Positions 1-8,807 of a DNA stretch of 64,000 bases are shown here, piece by piece; the first letter of the stretch is position 1; every line of letters begins with the position of its first letter. Location of the stretch: positions 7,067 to 71,066 of the forward strand of contig JAZUFB010000054.1 in assembly GCA_045640475.1 (NCBI GenBank), given 5' to 3'. The notes beneath the pieces were generated by a model that saw only the letters and a list, made by a program, of their open reading frames with translations, had not been told where the DNA came from and made no database searches. This DNA comes from Clostridia bacterium. Lineage in GTDB: Bacteria > Bacillota > Clostridia > Christensenellales > Aristaeellaceae. Both the position numbers and the translations under genes were made by a program.

Positions 1-67
1 TTCCACATTTCACGTGGTATATTTTATGTGAGAGGAATCTCATAAATAAAAATGGAGGTAATTCAAC

Positions 68-238
68 ATGGCATACAAGATTTCTGATGATTGCATTGCC
101 TGTGGCGCCTGTGCTGCCCAGTGCCCCGTCGAAGCGATCAGCGAAGGCGATGGCAAGTTCGTGATCGATCCCGAAAAGTGCATCGAATGCGGTGCTTGTG
201 AAGGCACTTGCCCTGTCGGAGCTCCCGCTCAGGAATAA
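68..238 (+). CDS. fdx: Clostridial-type 2[4Fe-4S] ferredoxin (56 aa; not in ORF track)
   Basis: Manual translation MAYKISDDCIACGACAAQCPVEAISEGDGKFVIDPEKCIECGACEGTCPVGAPAQE*; two CxxCxxCxxxCP motifs; RBS GGAGG upstream. Confidence 0.97.
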   Translation: MAYKISDDCIACGACAAQCPVEAISEGDGKFVIDPEKCIECGACEGTCPVGAPAQE

Positions 239-254
239 TCAATCACACCTTTTC

Positions 255-281
255 GCCCGGCATTAAGCCGGGCTTTTCTTT
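255..281 (+). terminator. Intrinsic terminator after ferredoxin
   Basis: GCCCGGC-attaa-GCCGGGC followed by TTTTCTTT. Confidence 0.85.
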
Positions 282-328
282 TGTTCCAGGATGTTTATCA
301 TTTATTTTAATTTTTTTTAATTTGAGTA

Positions 329-356
329 TTGACATCACTTATCTTTTGAGTATAAT
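329..356 (+). promoter_or_regulatory. sigmaA promoter for tRNA-Lys
   Basis: TTGACA-16 nt-TATAAT with AT-rich UP element upstream. Confidence 0.85.
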
Positions 357-373
357 AGTTCATGTTCGCTTGA

Positions 374-446
374 GCACCATTAGCTCAGTTGGTAGAGCAC
401 CTGACTCTTAATCAGGGTGTCTAGGGTTCGAGTCCCTAATGGTGTA
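374..446 (+). tRNA. tRNA-Lys (anticodon CTT), CCA not encoded
   Basis: Acceptor GCACCAT/ATGGTGT, D-arm TAGCTCAGTTGGTAGAGC, anticodon arm CCTGA-CTCTTAA-TCAGG, T-loop GGTTCGAGTCC. Confidence 0.97.
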
Positions 447-448
447 CG

Positions 449-479
449 AAAAGCCTTGCACAAAAGTGCAAGGCTTTTT
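449..479 (+). terminator. Intrinsic terminator after tRNA
   Basis: AAAAGCCTTGCAC-aaaa-GTGCAAGGCTTTTT. Confidence 0.85.
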
Positions 480-496
480 CTTTACGTTTTCGCTCC

Positions 497-525
497 TTGT
501 CACTATTTGAAGGATATGTTATAAT
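497..525 (+). promoter_or_regulatory. sigmaA promoter for mrnC operon
   Basis: TTGTCA-17 nt-TATAAT with extended TG. Confidence 0.7.
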
Positions 526-553
526 TTACCGATAAATCATGATGGAGGTATAG

Positions 554-961
554 ATGCTGCAATTAAATGTGATCAGACCCGAAGAAGCCAGACAGATGAA
601 CCCTTTACAGTTGGCTTATATGGGAGATGTGATCTGGTCAACCATTATACGCACGCGTTATGTTTGTCGCAAACTGAATGTACATCACCTTCATCAGATC
701 ACAGTATCACTTGTTAACGCTTCCGCTCAGGCACAAGCGCTTGATAGCATCCGGCAGATGCTGACGGAAGAAGAAAACGACCTTGTTCGAAGAGGCAGAA
801 ATGCTCATGCCCGTCATCCTGCTCCCAAGAATCAGGATCCGGCCAAATATGCCGATTCGACCGCTTTTGAGACTTTGTTTGGTTTTCTGTACATTACAGG
901 GAATCTGCAAAGGATTGATGAACTGACTGAAGTAATTCTGGAGGATGTTAACGATGCCTGA
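554..961 (+). CDS. mrnC: Mini-ribonuclease III
   Basis: LAYMGD motif, RRGRNA, TAFETLFGFLY; no dsRBD; upstream of rlmB-rae1-sigH. Confidence 0.92.
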   Translation: MLQLNVIRPEEARQMNPLQLAYMGDVIWSTIIRTRYVCRKLNVHHLHQITVSLVNASAQAQALDSIRQMLTEEENDLVRRGRNAHARHPAPKNQDPAKYADSTAFETLFGFLYITGNLQRIDELTEVILEDVNDA

Positions 962-1706
962 GGCCAAAGTATGCAAAGTCATCATGATACGTCACACCCC
1001 TTTACCCGAAGAAACAGTTGCTTTAGGAGCAAGGCTTTGTTATTCCAAAGCAAACATTGATGATTTGAGCGAAAGAATCAATGCTTCAGATCAATCCGCA
1101 TTTATTGAAAAACTGATGAGTATGGGGCATGAATCCGTATTGGAGCATGTTACTTTTACATTCGGTATTGAAGGTGTCAGTCGTGTCCTTCTCGCTCAGT
1201 TGACAAGACATCGGATTGCTTCTTTCAGCGTACAATCTCAACGATATGTTTCCTATGAGAAGGGCTTTGGCTATATTATTCCCCCAAGAATCGAAGCATT
1301 AGGTCAAGAGGCAATCGATGAGTATAAGAGACAGATGGAAACTATACAAACCTGGTATACAGAATGGCAAAGTAAATTAGGTGGTTCCGGCGAAAGAAGT
1401 AACGAAGACGCACGTTTTGTTTTACCGAATGCGTGTGAAACGCGCATCCTTATGACCATGAATGTCCGAGAATTGCGTCATTTCTTCAGCCTCAGAATGT
1501 GCAGCAGAGCCCAATGGGAAATTCGTGCAATGGCAACAGAAATGCACAGGCTTTGTCTGGAAGCAGCTCCTTCTTTGTTCGCTGATGCTGGCCCAGCCTG
1601 TCTGAACAGTAAATGTCCTGAAGGCGCAAAATCCTGCGGTAAAATGAATCAGATCCGCGAAGAACGCAATAAATTGTTGCAACAACTGAAACAAAACAAC
1701 GAATGA
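954..1706 (+). CDS. thyX: FAD-dependent thymidylate synthase
   Basis: RHRIASFSVQSQR signature, GHESVLEH, EDARFVLPNA, RAQWEIR; ATG 954 chosen from GGAGG spacing (ORF open from 945). Confidence 0.95.
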   Translation: MPEAKVCKVIMIRHTPLPEETVALGARLCYSKANIDDLSERINASDQSAFIEKLMSMGHESVLEHVTFTFGIEGVSRVLLAQLTRHRIASFSVQSQRYVSYEKGFGYIIPPRIEALGQEAIDEYKRQMETIQTWYTEWQSKLGGSGERSNEDARFVLPNACETRILMTMNVRELRHFFSLRMCSRAQWEIRAMATEMHRLCLEAAPSLFADAGPACLNSKCPEGAKSCGKMNQIREERNKLLQQLKQNNE

Positions 1707-1732
1707 ATAAGGATATAAAGGAGTTATCGATT

Positions 1733-2968
1733 ATGGCTTTTTATCAGAACGTACCCGACAAAAAGAAAGGCAGAACAAACTACGCAGAAAAAGGAAGTTG
1801 GGACGAAGAAGGAACCCATTACAGTGACCGTGATACCAAGAACACCCGCAATGGTGAAAAGAAATTTGGACATAACACCGAAAAAAAGACAACTGGATTT
1901 GGATCGCATTTTCGTGACGGAAACGAATCCCGTTTTGAGGGAAAAGAGCACCGCAAGTTTGACCGAAATGAATCCTATGGCCATCGCAGCGAAAGATATA
2001 ACGCCGCAAAGAGTGATGTCCGCCATAATAACGATAAGCCGGATCATCACCGCAGTGATTCTTTCGGCCGCCAGACTCCTGAAGGGAATGGGTATTATTC
2101 CCGTCAGGATCAGTATTCAAGAGAACGTTCATATACGCATAATGAACATAGTGAAGAGTTTACTGCCGATCAAAGCTTCCGTGCGCATGAATATCGTGTT
2201 CATGAAAACATAAACCCTCAAAATGAAGAAGATCTGGGAGCCAATATTCTTTGCGGTCGTAATCCGATTCGTGAAGCGCTAAAAAACAACCGGGACATTG
2301 AAAAATTGCTTGTGCAGAGAGGAGAGCTTTCCGGTTCTGCAAGAGAAATCGTTCAAATTGCGAAAGAAAGAAAAATTCCTGTTCAGGAAGTTGATAAGCA
2401 ACGTCTGGACGAAATTGCCAAGACACATCAAGGCCTTGTTGCATATGCCTCCGCATATCAATATTCCACGGTGGATGAAATGATTGCCGATGCGGATGAA
2501 AAAAATGAACCGCCGTTTCTGATCGTTCTCGACGGAATCACAGATCCGCATAATCTTGGCGCAATCATCCGTACTGCCGATTGTGTGGGCGCTCATGGCG
2601 TAATAGTTCCCACCCGCCGCAGTGTTGGTTTGACTCCTGCTGCTGTTAAAGCTTCCGCAGGTGCTGTTGAACATGTCAAAGTAGCCCGGGTAACCAATAT
2701 TTCCCGTCTGTTGGATGAATTGAAAGAGATGAATATTTGGACTTACGCTGTAACCATGAATGGCAAAAACTACGAAAAAATGGATTTTAGCGGTGGTACC
2801 GCTCTGGTTATCGGTGCAGAAGGCGAAGGCATCTCCCGTCTCACAGAAGAGCATTGCGACTGTGCTGTATCTCTACCGATGAGTGGACACATCGATAGCC
2901 TTAACGCTTCCGTAGCGGCCGGTGTGATGATGTACAAGGTATATTCCTGCAGAACAAATAAAGCATGA
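1733..2968 (+). CDS. rlmB: 23S rRNA Gm2251 2'-O-methyltransferase (SpoU/TrmH family) with long low-complexity N-terminal extension
   Basis: GRNPIREAL, DPHNLGAIIRTA, IGAEGEG, SLNASVAAG; RBS AAGGAG before ATG 1733. Confidence 0.93.
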   Translation: MAFYQNVPDKKKGRTNYAEKGSWDEEGTHYSDRDTKNTRNGEKKFGHNTEKKTTGFGSHFRDGNESRFEGKEHRKFDRNESYGHRSERYNAAKSDVRHNNDKPDHHRSDSFGRQTPEGNGYYSRQDQYSRERSYTHNEHSEEFTADQSFRAHEYRVHENINPQNEEDLGANILCGRNPIREALKNNRDIEKLLVQRGELSGSAREIVQIAKERKIPVQEVDKQRLDEIAKTHQGLVAYASAYQYSTVDEMIADADEKNEPPFLIVLDGITDPHNLGAIIRTADCVGAHGVIVPTRRSVGLTPAAVKASAGAVEHVKVARVTNISRLLDELKEMNIWTYAVTMNGKNYEKMDFSGGTALVIGAEGEGISRLTEEHCDCAVSLPMSGHIDSLNASVAAGVMMYKVYSCRTNKA

Positions 2969-3477
2969 AAACAGTATTGATTGTTGATGGCTACAATGTC
3001 ATCGGAGCCTGGAAACAGCTCGCCGCCGAAAAATTGACAATCGCAGAGTCGCGTGAGAAGTTGAGACATGCTTTGGAAGATTATGCCGGGTATACCGGTG
3101 AAAATGTCATTTTAGTATTCGACGGTTATCAATCTGAAAGATTACAGCGAAGTGAAGAACAAAACGGTAATCTGACACTTGTGTACACGAAACACGGTGA
3201 AACAGCAGATAGCTATATTGAGCGTCTGTCTGCTCAAATGCCGAAGTATGTCGCCATGCGTGTTGTGACGTCCGATCTTTTGGAGCAGAGTCAGGTCTTT
3301 TCATCCGGCGCTATGAGAATGTCATCAGCCGAGTTGATCCGTGAGTTGAATGCTACCAGAAATCAAGGAATATCAAAACATGTTTCCAGCGTCAAAGAAA
3401 AGTATATGCTTTCTGAGCATCTTTCCGATGAGGTGCTTAATGCACTCGAAAAAATACGCCGAGATAGCGATTGCTGA
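2965..3477 (+). CDS. rae1: NYN-domain endoribonuclease YacP/Rae1 family
   Basis: LIVDGYNVI, VFDG, ETADSYIE, VVTSD; lies between rlmB and sigH. Confidence 0.88.
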   Translation: MKTVLIVDGYNVIGAWKQLAAEKLTIAESREKLRHALEDYAGYTGENVILVFDGYQSERLQRSEEQNGNLTLVYTKHGETADSYIERLSAQMPKYVAMRVVTSDLLEQSQVFSSGAMRMSSAELIRELNATRNQGISKHVSSVKEKYMLSEHLSDEVLNALEKIRRDSDC

Positions 3478-3524
3478 TTGACTGCTGATCAATTAGCAAT
3501 AACCCAATATTCACAAGGCGGTCC

Positions 3525-4253
3525 ATGTACATGAAAAAAGAGAACGAGAATCCATCTCTCGAAACCATAAACGATGCTCATGAGATTACTGAACAACTGA
3601 CCGAAGTAATGGACTATCCCGAAAAGTATGCATTACTGCGCGACGAGGATATCGTTTTGTTGTGCCATGACGGCGACCCTATTGCAGAAGAATATCTTTT
3701 GAGCAAATACAAAAACTTTGTTCGTTCCAAAGCCAGAAGCTATTTCCTGATTGGAGCCGACCATGAGGATATTGTTCAGGAAGGAATGATTGGCTTATAC
3801 AAAGCGATACGAGATTATCGGTCCGACAAACTGAGTTCATTCAGAGCTTTTGCTGAACTCTGTATTACAAGACAGATCATTACCGCCATCAAAACGGCGA
3901 CAAGACAAAAGCACATTCCGCTCAACAGTTATGTCTCATTGAACAAACCTTTGTACGACGAGGAAAGTGACCGGACCCTGATGGATGTCATTGTAGAAGG
4001 CAAACTTTCCAATCCTGAAGATCTGATCATCTCGCAGGAAGATCTTGATTCGATCCATGCGAAAATTAATGAAGTGCTCTCCGGTCTTGAGCAGGAAGTG
4101 CTCAATCTTTATCTTGACGGGAAAAGCTATCAGGAAATCGCTGTCTATCTGAACAGACATGTGAAGTCCATTGATAATGCGCTTCAGCGAGTAAAAAGAA
4201 AACTGGAAAAGTATCTGGAGGACAGTTATTTGTCCAGCCATGATGACGACTAA
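3525..4253 (+). CDS. sigH: RNA polymerase sigma factor SigH
   Basis: YFLIGADHEDIVQEGMIGLYKAIRD, TRQKHIPLNSYVSL, KSIDNALQRVKRK. Confidence 0.96.
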   Translation: MYMKKENENPSLETINDAHEITEQLTEVMDYPEKYALLRDEDIVLLCHDGDPIAEEYLLSKYKNFVRSKARSYFLIGADHEDIVQEGMIGLYKAIRDYRSDKLSSFRAFAELCITRQIITAIKTATRQKHIPLNSYVSLNKPLYDEESDRTLMDVIVEGKLSNPEDLIISQEDLDSIHAKINEVLSGLEQEVLNLYLDGKSYQEIAVYLNRHVKSIDNALQRVKRKLEKYLEDSYLSSHDDD

Positions 4254-4297
4254 AGCGGAAACCTTTGTTCTGAATCAAAGGAAAGGCATTGTTTCCC

Positions 4298-5107
4298 ATG
4301 AAAATTGCATTTTTCGACATTGATGGAACGCTTACCTCGGAGAAAAATGGCACTGTACCTAAAAGTGTATATGAATCCATATACATTGCACGTTCAAACG
4401 GAAACAAAATGTTCTTATGCAGCGGTCGCTGCCGTTGTCATATCGGTCAACCGTTTATAGATCTGAATATGGACGGAATGATCTGCGGTTGCGGAACTCA
4501 GATCATACTAAATGAATCAGGAGAAATCTTTCATCATGTTTTGCAGGAAGACGAAATCGATATATTGCATGATATAGCCAACCGACTGAAGATCGATATT
4601 CTCTATGAATCCTCTGATCGAATTGGGTTTGATCCTTACAGTTCATTCCGTACACAGAAATCGCAGAAACTTGTCGGCGTCTTAAGCAATGACTTTGGAA
4701 AGATCATTTATGATCCGGAAGAAAACGGTTTTTCATGTGATAAAGCCTGTGCTTTTACAGTCAATTCACGGCAAGCAGAGGAAATGCATAAATCAGTTTC
4801 TGCTTTTATGACAAGCATAGACCGTGGAGACGGTCTTTATGAATTAGTTCCCAGGGGACTTTCTAAAGCTACAGGGATCCAGATGGTATTGGAACACGAA
4901 CATCTGTCCAAGCAATATGCTTATGCCTTTGGTGATAGCACTAACGATATTGAAATGCTTCAGTTTGTCGATCATGCAGTTGTAATGGGTAATGCTTATC
5001 CTGAGCAATTAAAAAAGTATGCGGAATATGTTGCACCAAAGGCGAGTGAAGACGGTATCAGTATTGCATTGGAACACTTTGGTTTTTTAGATCCATATCA
5101 AATATAG
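4298..5107 (+). CDS. Cof-type HAD-IIB phosphatase
   Basis: FFDIDGTL motif I, CSGR, SKATG, FGDSTND motif IV. Confidence 0.9.
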   Translation: MKIAFFDIDGTLTSEKNGTVPKSVYESIYIARSNGNKMFLCSGRCRCHIGQPFIDLNMDGMICGCGTQIILNESGEIFHHVLQEDEIDILHDIANRLKIDILYESSDRIGFDPYSSFRTQKSQKLVGVLSNDFGKIIYDPEENGFSCDKACAFTVNSRQAEEMHKSVSAFMTSIDRGDGLYELVPRGLSKATGIQMVLEHEHLSKQYAYAFGDSTNDIEMLQFVDHAVVMGNAYPEQLKKYAEYVAPKASEDGISIALEHFGFLDPYQI

Positions 5108-5196
5108 CCTAAAGAATAAATGATTTATAAAAAAAAATCAAAATTATTATAGATTCAGTTCAAAACACGGAAGATTCAGGAGGAAATAAACGTTAT

Positions 5197-5769
5197 ATGT
5201 TTGCATTGAATACAGAGAGGATCGATCTCGCGGAAGATACGGCCAATGATCTTCCCGAAGAAATGAAATCATCCCTGACTTTCGATGAACTGTATACCCT
5301 TTATGGTACAGACATTTTGAGAGTTGCTTACTATTATCTCGGGAATCGGCAACAAGCCGAAGATATCACCCAGGAAGTGTTTATCAAGCTGATTACGACA
5401 TCACCGGTCCTGGTGAAGGACCATGAGAAATCCTGGCTTTTGAAGGTCACACTCAACAAATGCCGTGACTACTGGAGAAGTGCGTGGGTCAGAAAAGTTG
5501 TATTGGGACACCCCAAATTTGAACTTTTTCCCGATCAGGATGAAATCGGTCATTTGACCGAATCAAGTGCTTTAGCCGAATCGGTCAATAAGCTTCCTCC
5601 TGTGTTCAAAGAAGTTGTACTCCTTTTCTATTATCAGGGATACAGCATCTCTGATATTGCAGAGATGCTGAGTATTTCTGAAGGTACTGTTTCCTCAAGA
5701 CTTTCAAGAGCAAGGAAACGGCTCGAAAACGAAATGAAAGGAACGGATGATGACCGTGAAAAAACCTGA
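5197..5769 (+). CDS. ECF sigma factor (SigV-like)
   Basis: AEDITQEVFIKL, SWLLKVTLNKCRD region 2; EIAEML..SEGTVSSRLSRAR-type region 4. Confidence 0.9.
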   Translation: MFALNTERIDLAEDTANDLPEEMKSSLTFDELYTLYGTDILRVAYYYLGNRQQAEDITQEVFIKLITTSPVLVKDHEKSWLLKVTLNKCRDYWRSAWVRKVVLGHPKFELFPDQDEIGHLTESSALAESVNKLPPVFKEVVLLFYYQGYSISDIAEMLSISEGTVSSRLSRARKRLENEMKGTDDDREKT

Positions 5770-6739
5770 AGAACTGAAGCAGGTTACGGAATCTGTACTG
5801 GCTAATCTTACCGCAACAGAAGAGATGAGATCTAAGATCGTATATGCCGCTGCACAGCAAAAGATTGGACATGCTAAGGACAAGAAAGCATCCGGTCTTC
5901 TTCGTTTTGTCCCGACTGTCTGTTGCTGTCTGGCATTGCTTGTCTGTGTTTCTGTATTGATTCCCAAAGCAAACAACGTAATCGATCAACAATCATTATT
6001 GCCTGCAATCACCGATATGCCAGCCGGTAACATTAACCCAGAAAATGATAATCATTCCCGTTCAGGAACCGAACTGTCTTCTGAAGGGCGTAAAGTCGTT
6101 GCAGGCATTGGCGAACAGGGAATATTCTGTGACACGGTACCGGGACAAAATGTGAAAACTGATTTTGATGCTTCAGAGCCACAGATCGTTGTTCTGGACG
6201 GATGCATCTATCGCCTTATAGATCATCTTTTCAGTCCGGAACAATTGAAGCTGTCATCAACCGCCGGTATTTTATCGGTACGTGACTCATTTTCATCCTT
6301 ATCGGAGGGGAATATATCAGGTAGTACATTTTTGAACGCTGATACGGAAGTATATTTTGTTGACGGAATGAATCGTGCTTTCGTAGCTGCTGAATATCAG
6401 GGAAACATGTGTGTGTTTCAGCGCGTGTCACTGAATCATCATGGCCTTTTGAACAACGAGTCGATAGAAAGTATACTTCCTGATGCTTCTCATGTAATCA
6501 GTCTCGAAATTCCAGAAAAGGGAAGCATCACTGACAGCGATATTATCCATCAACTTATCTCTATCCTATCTGAAAATGCAATACCGGAAAGCATTGATTC
6601 GCTCAATAGCGGAGAATTCATGATTCTGAATCTTGATAACGGTTTACAGTATCAGTTCACCCTTAATCAGCAAAGGGTTTCTTTCTGCGGTACATGGTTA
6701 TGCCCTGAATTCATAGGAGAACTGGAGAAATACCTGTAA
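5747..6739 (+). CDS. Probable single-TM anti-sigma factor
   Basis: Overlaps ECF gene; ~50-aa cytoplasmic N-terminus, one TM (FVPTVCCCLALLVCVSVLI), extracytoplasmic C-terminus of unknown fold. Confidence 0.65.
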   Translation: MMTVKKPEELKQVTESVLANLTATEEMRSKIVYAAAQQKIGHAKDKKASGLLRFVPTVCCCLALLVCVSVLIPKANNVIDQQSLLPAITDMPAGNINPENDNHSRSGTELSSEGRKVVAGIGEQGIFCDTVPGQNVKTDFDASEPQIVVLDGCIYRLIDHLFSPEQLKLSSTAGILSVRDSFSSLSEGNISGSTFLNADTEVYFVDGMNRAFVAAEYQGNMCVFQRVSLNHHGLLNNESIESILPDASHVISLEIPEKGSITDSDIIHQLISILSENAIPESIDSLNSGEFMILNLDNGLQYQFTLNQQRVSFCGTWLCPEFIGELEKYL

Positions 6740-6741
6740 TG

Positions 6742-6789
6742 AAAAAGAGACTGGCTTATGGTTCACAGACCATTTAGTCAGTCTCTTTT
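6742..6789. terminator. Bidirectional terminator
   Basis: AAAAGAGACTGGCT...AGTCAGTCTCTTTT between convergent genes. Confidence 0.75.
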
Positions 6790-6804
6790 AATATACGTTA
6801 TATG

Positions 6805-8379
6805 TTATGAATGATAATAAGTCAGCATATAGTCTACTGAATCAATCAAAGCTGAGAGGCAAGCTTTGATAATATCTCCGGACACACCTACAGTATTCCA
6901 GATATGTTGCCCATCTGTGCTTTCTATATTGACGCGTACAAGAGAAGCAGTGGCATTACTGTCAAGAACACGAACCTTAAAGTCATTCAGATGCATTTGC
7001 TTAAGGCAGGGATAAAAGAGGGATAATGTTTTCCGAAGTGCCAGGTCTAGAGCATTAACAGGTCCGTTACCTTCTGCTGCGTTAATCCCTTCTTCACCGT
7101 TGACCCGGACTTTCAGGTAGGCCTGTGCAGATAAAGCTGGCCCCATCATCGGGTTATTTTGCTCTGTGCGATTACATAGCACATGATAGTCCACAACATC
7201 AAAATAACGTGGTCTTCTGTTTAGCGTATCCAATGCGAGCAAAGCAAATGAACCGTCAGCATTTTCATAAGTGTATCCTTCGAGTTCTTTCTGCTTCAAT
7301 TTTTCAAGCACTTGGTGGATTTCAGGTGAGTCTCTGTTTAAATCAGGCAGGATATGACCGAGACGTGCATATACACCTGCACGTCCAACCTGGTCAGAGA
7401 TCAGAAAACGACGTTGATTTCCTATCAGTTCGGGGTCGAAAAGTTCATAACTGGCATTATTTTTGATCATAGCATCCATGTGCATTCCGCCTTTATGTGC
7501 AAATGCGGAATGACCGACAAAAGGAGCACGGTCAAAGGGGGTCACATTGATGATTTCCATAACTGTTCGATACGCATTGGTCAGTTTTTGTATACAACCT
7601 TCCGGCAAACATTCCAGGTTCAGCTTATAAGTTAACAGCGGAATCACTGTACATAGATCCGCGTTTCCGCATCTTTCACCAATGCCACCGATCGTACCCT
7701 CGATATGGCTACAACCGTTTTCGACTGCACACAGAACTGTAGCCGTTGCAAGACCGCAGTCGTTATGTGTGTGGATACCAAAGGGTGTTGTTGTTTTTTC
7801 TTTCAGATCGCGAATAGCCTGTCCAATCTGTTCCGGAAGAGAACCTCCATTCGTGTCGCAAAGAGTAACGCGCTCGGCGCCGGCATCAATGGCAGTTAAT
7901 ACGGTTTGGATAGCATATTCCCGGTTCTCACAATATCCATCAAAAAAATGCTCAGCATCATACCAAACCCGATTCCCGAGTTGCTTCAAATAGAATACGG
8001 TTTCCCGGATCATACGCAGATTTTCTTCTTTTGAGCAATGAAGTACCTCATTGATATGGAAAATGGAAGACTTACCAAAGACTGTTTTTACATCTGCGGG
8101 ACAGGTAGCCAGTATCTTAAGTGCGGTATCTTCTTCCGCAGAGGCGCCCGGACGGATCGTGGCACCAAAGGCGATAAGATGAGAATGGCGTAACTTAGGA
8201 CTTTGCGAAACTTTTTCAAAAAACAGACGATCTTTTGGATTTGCACCTGGATTGCCAGCTTCTATCCAATGGATACCCAAGTCATCCAATATGCGAACTA
8301 TGTTCAATTTGTCCTCAACTGAGAATGTAATACCTTCACATTGTGCTCCATCCCGCAATGTTGTATCAAGCAGCTCCAT
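6805..8379 (-). CDS. cimA: Citramalate synthase (DRE-TIM, LeuA-type regulatory domain)
   Basis: DTTLRDGAQCEG, DAEHFFDG, HTHNDCGLA, AFAHKGGMH, GNGPVNALD. Confidence 0.88.
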   Translation of the reverse strand: MELLDTTLRDGAQCEGITFSVEDKLNIVRILDDLGIHWIEAGNPGANPKDRLFFEKVSQSPKLRHSHLIAFGATIRPGASAEEDTALKILATCPADVKTVFGKSSIFHINEVLHCSKEENLRMIRETVFYLKQLGNRVWYDAEHFFDGYCENREYAIQTVLTAIDAGAERVTLCDTNGGSLPEQIGQAIRDLKEKTTTPFGIHTHNDCGLATATVLCAVENGCSHIEGTIGGIGERCGNADLCTVIPLLTYKLNLECLPEGCIQKLTNAYRTVMEIINVTPFDRAPFVGHSAFAHKGGMHMDAMIKNNASYELFDPELIGNQRRFLISDQVGRAGVYARLGHILPDLNRDSPEIHQVLEKLKQKELEGYTYENADGSFALLALDTLNRRPRYFDVVDYHVLCNRTEQNNPMMGPALSAQAYLKVRVNGEEGINAAEGNGPVNALDLALRKTLSLFYPCLKQMHLNDFKVRVLDSNATASLVRVNIESTDGQHIWNTVGVSGDIIKACLSALIDSVDYMLTYYHS

Positions 8380-8696
8380 ACTGTCTACTCCCTCCGTCAG
8401 ATAACGATGATTATATCATAGCGGTATATTGGTTTCAAGCAATACACGGCAAGGCTTCGAACCTTAAGAAAAGATACTCGTACATTTAATTGATCTTCTG
8501 TTTGTTAAAGGTTTGTTAAAAGCAAACAGGATGCCGAAGAAAAGAAAAAAAGAGTTATACACCGTTCAGTAAAATTGATCAATATGGGAAACTCATTCTT
8601 CTGTTTCATAGGATACACAAAGCATGCGTGATGTATTCTTTGGGACGAATTTATATTAAATAGTGCATAATTGCAGAACCAGATGAAAAAATAGAC

Positions 8697-8726
8697 TTGA
8701 CGGATGGTTACAAATAACGGTAAAAT
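8697..8726 (+). promoter_or_regulatory. Putative sigmaA promoter for glgCDA
   Basis: TTGACG-18 nt-TAAAAT. Confidence 0.5.
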
Positions 8727-8807
8727 TATTAAGAGAAAATCACGTGAAAACACAAGTAAATCCCGTGAGTTGATTCTTACGAGATTTACTTGTGAGAATA
8801 AAGGAGA

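Noticed and set aside
208-411. 67-aa ORF in the track
   Set aside because: Overlaps the ferredoxin end, terminator, promoter and tRNA; spurious
374-480. tRNA-Lys as an integration site
   Set aside because: No duplicated tRNA 3' end noticed in the window and the flanks are housekeeping genes
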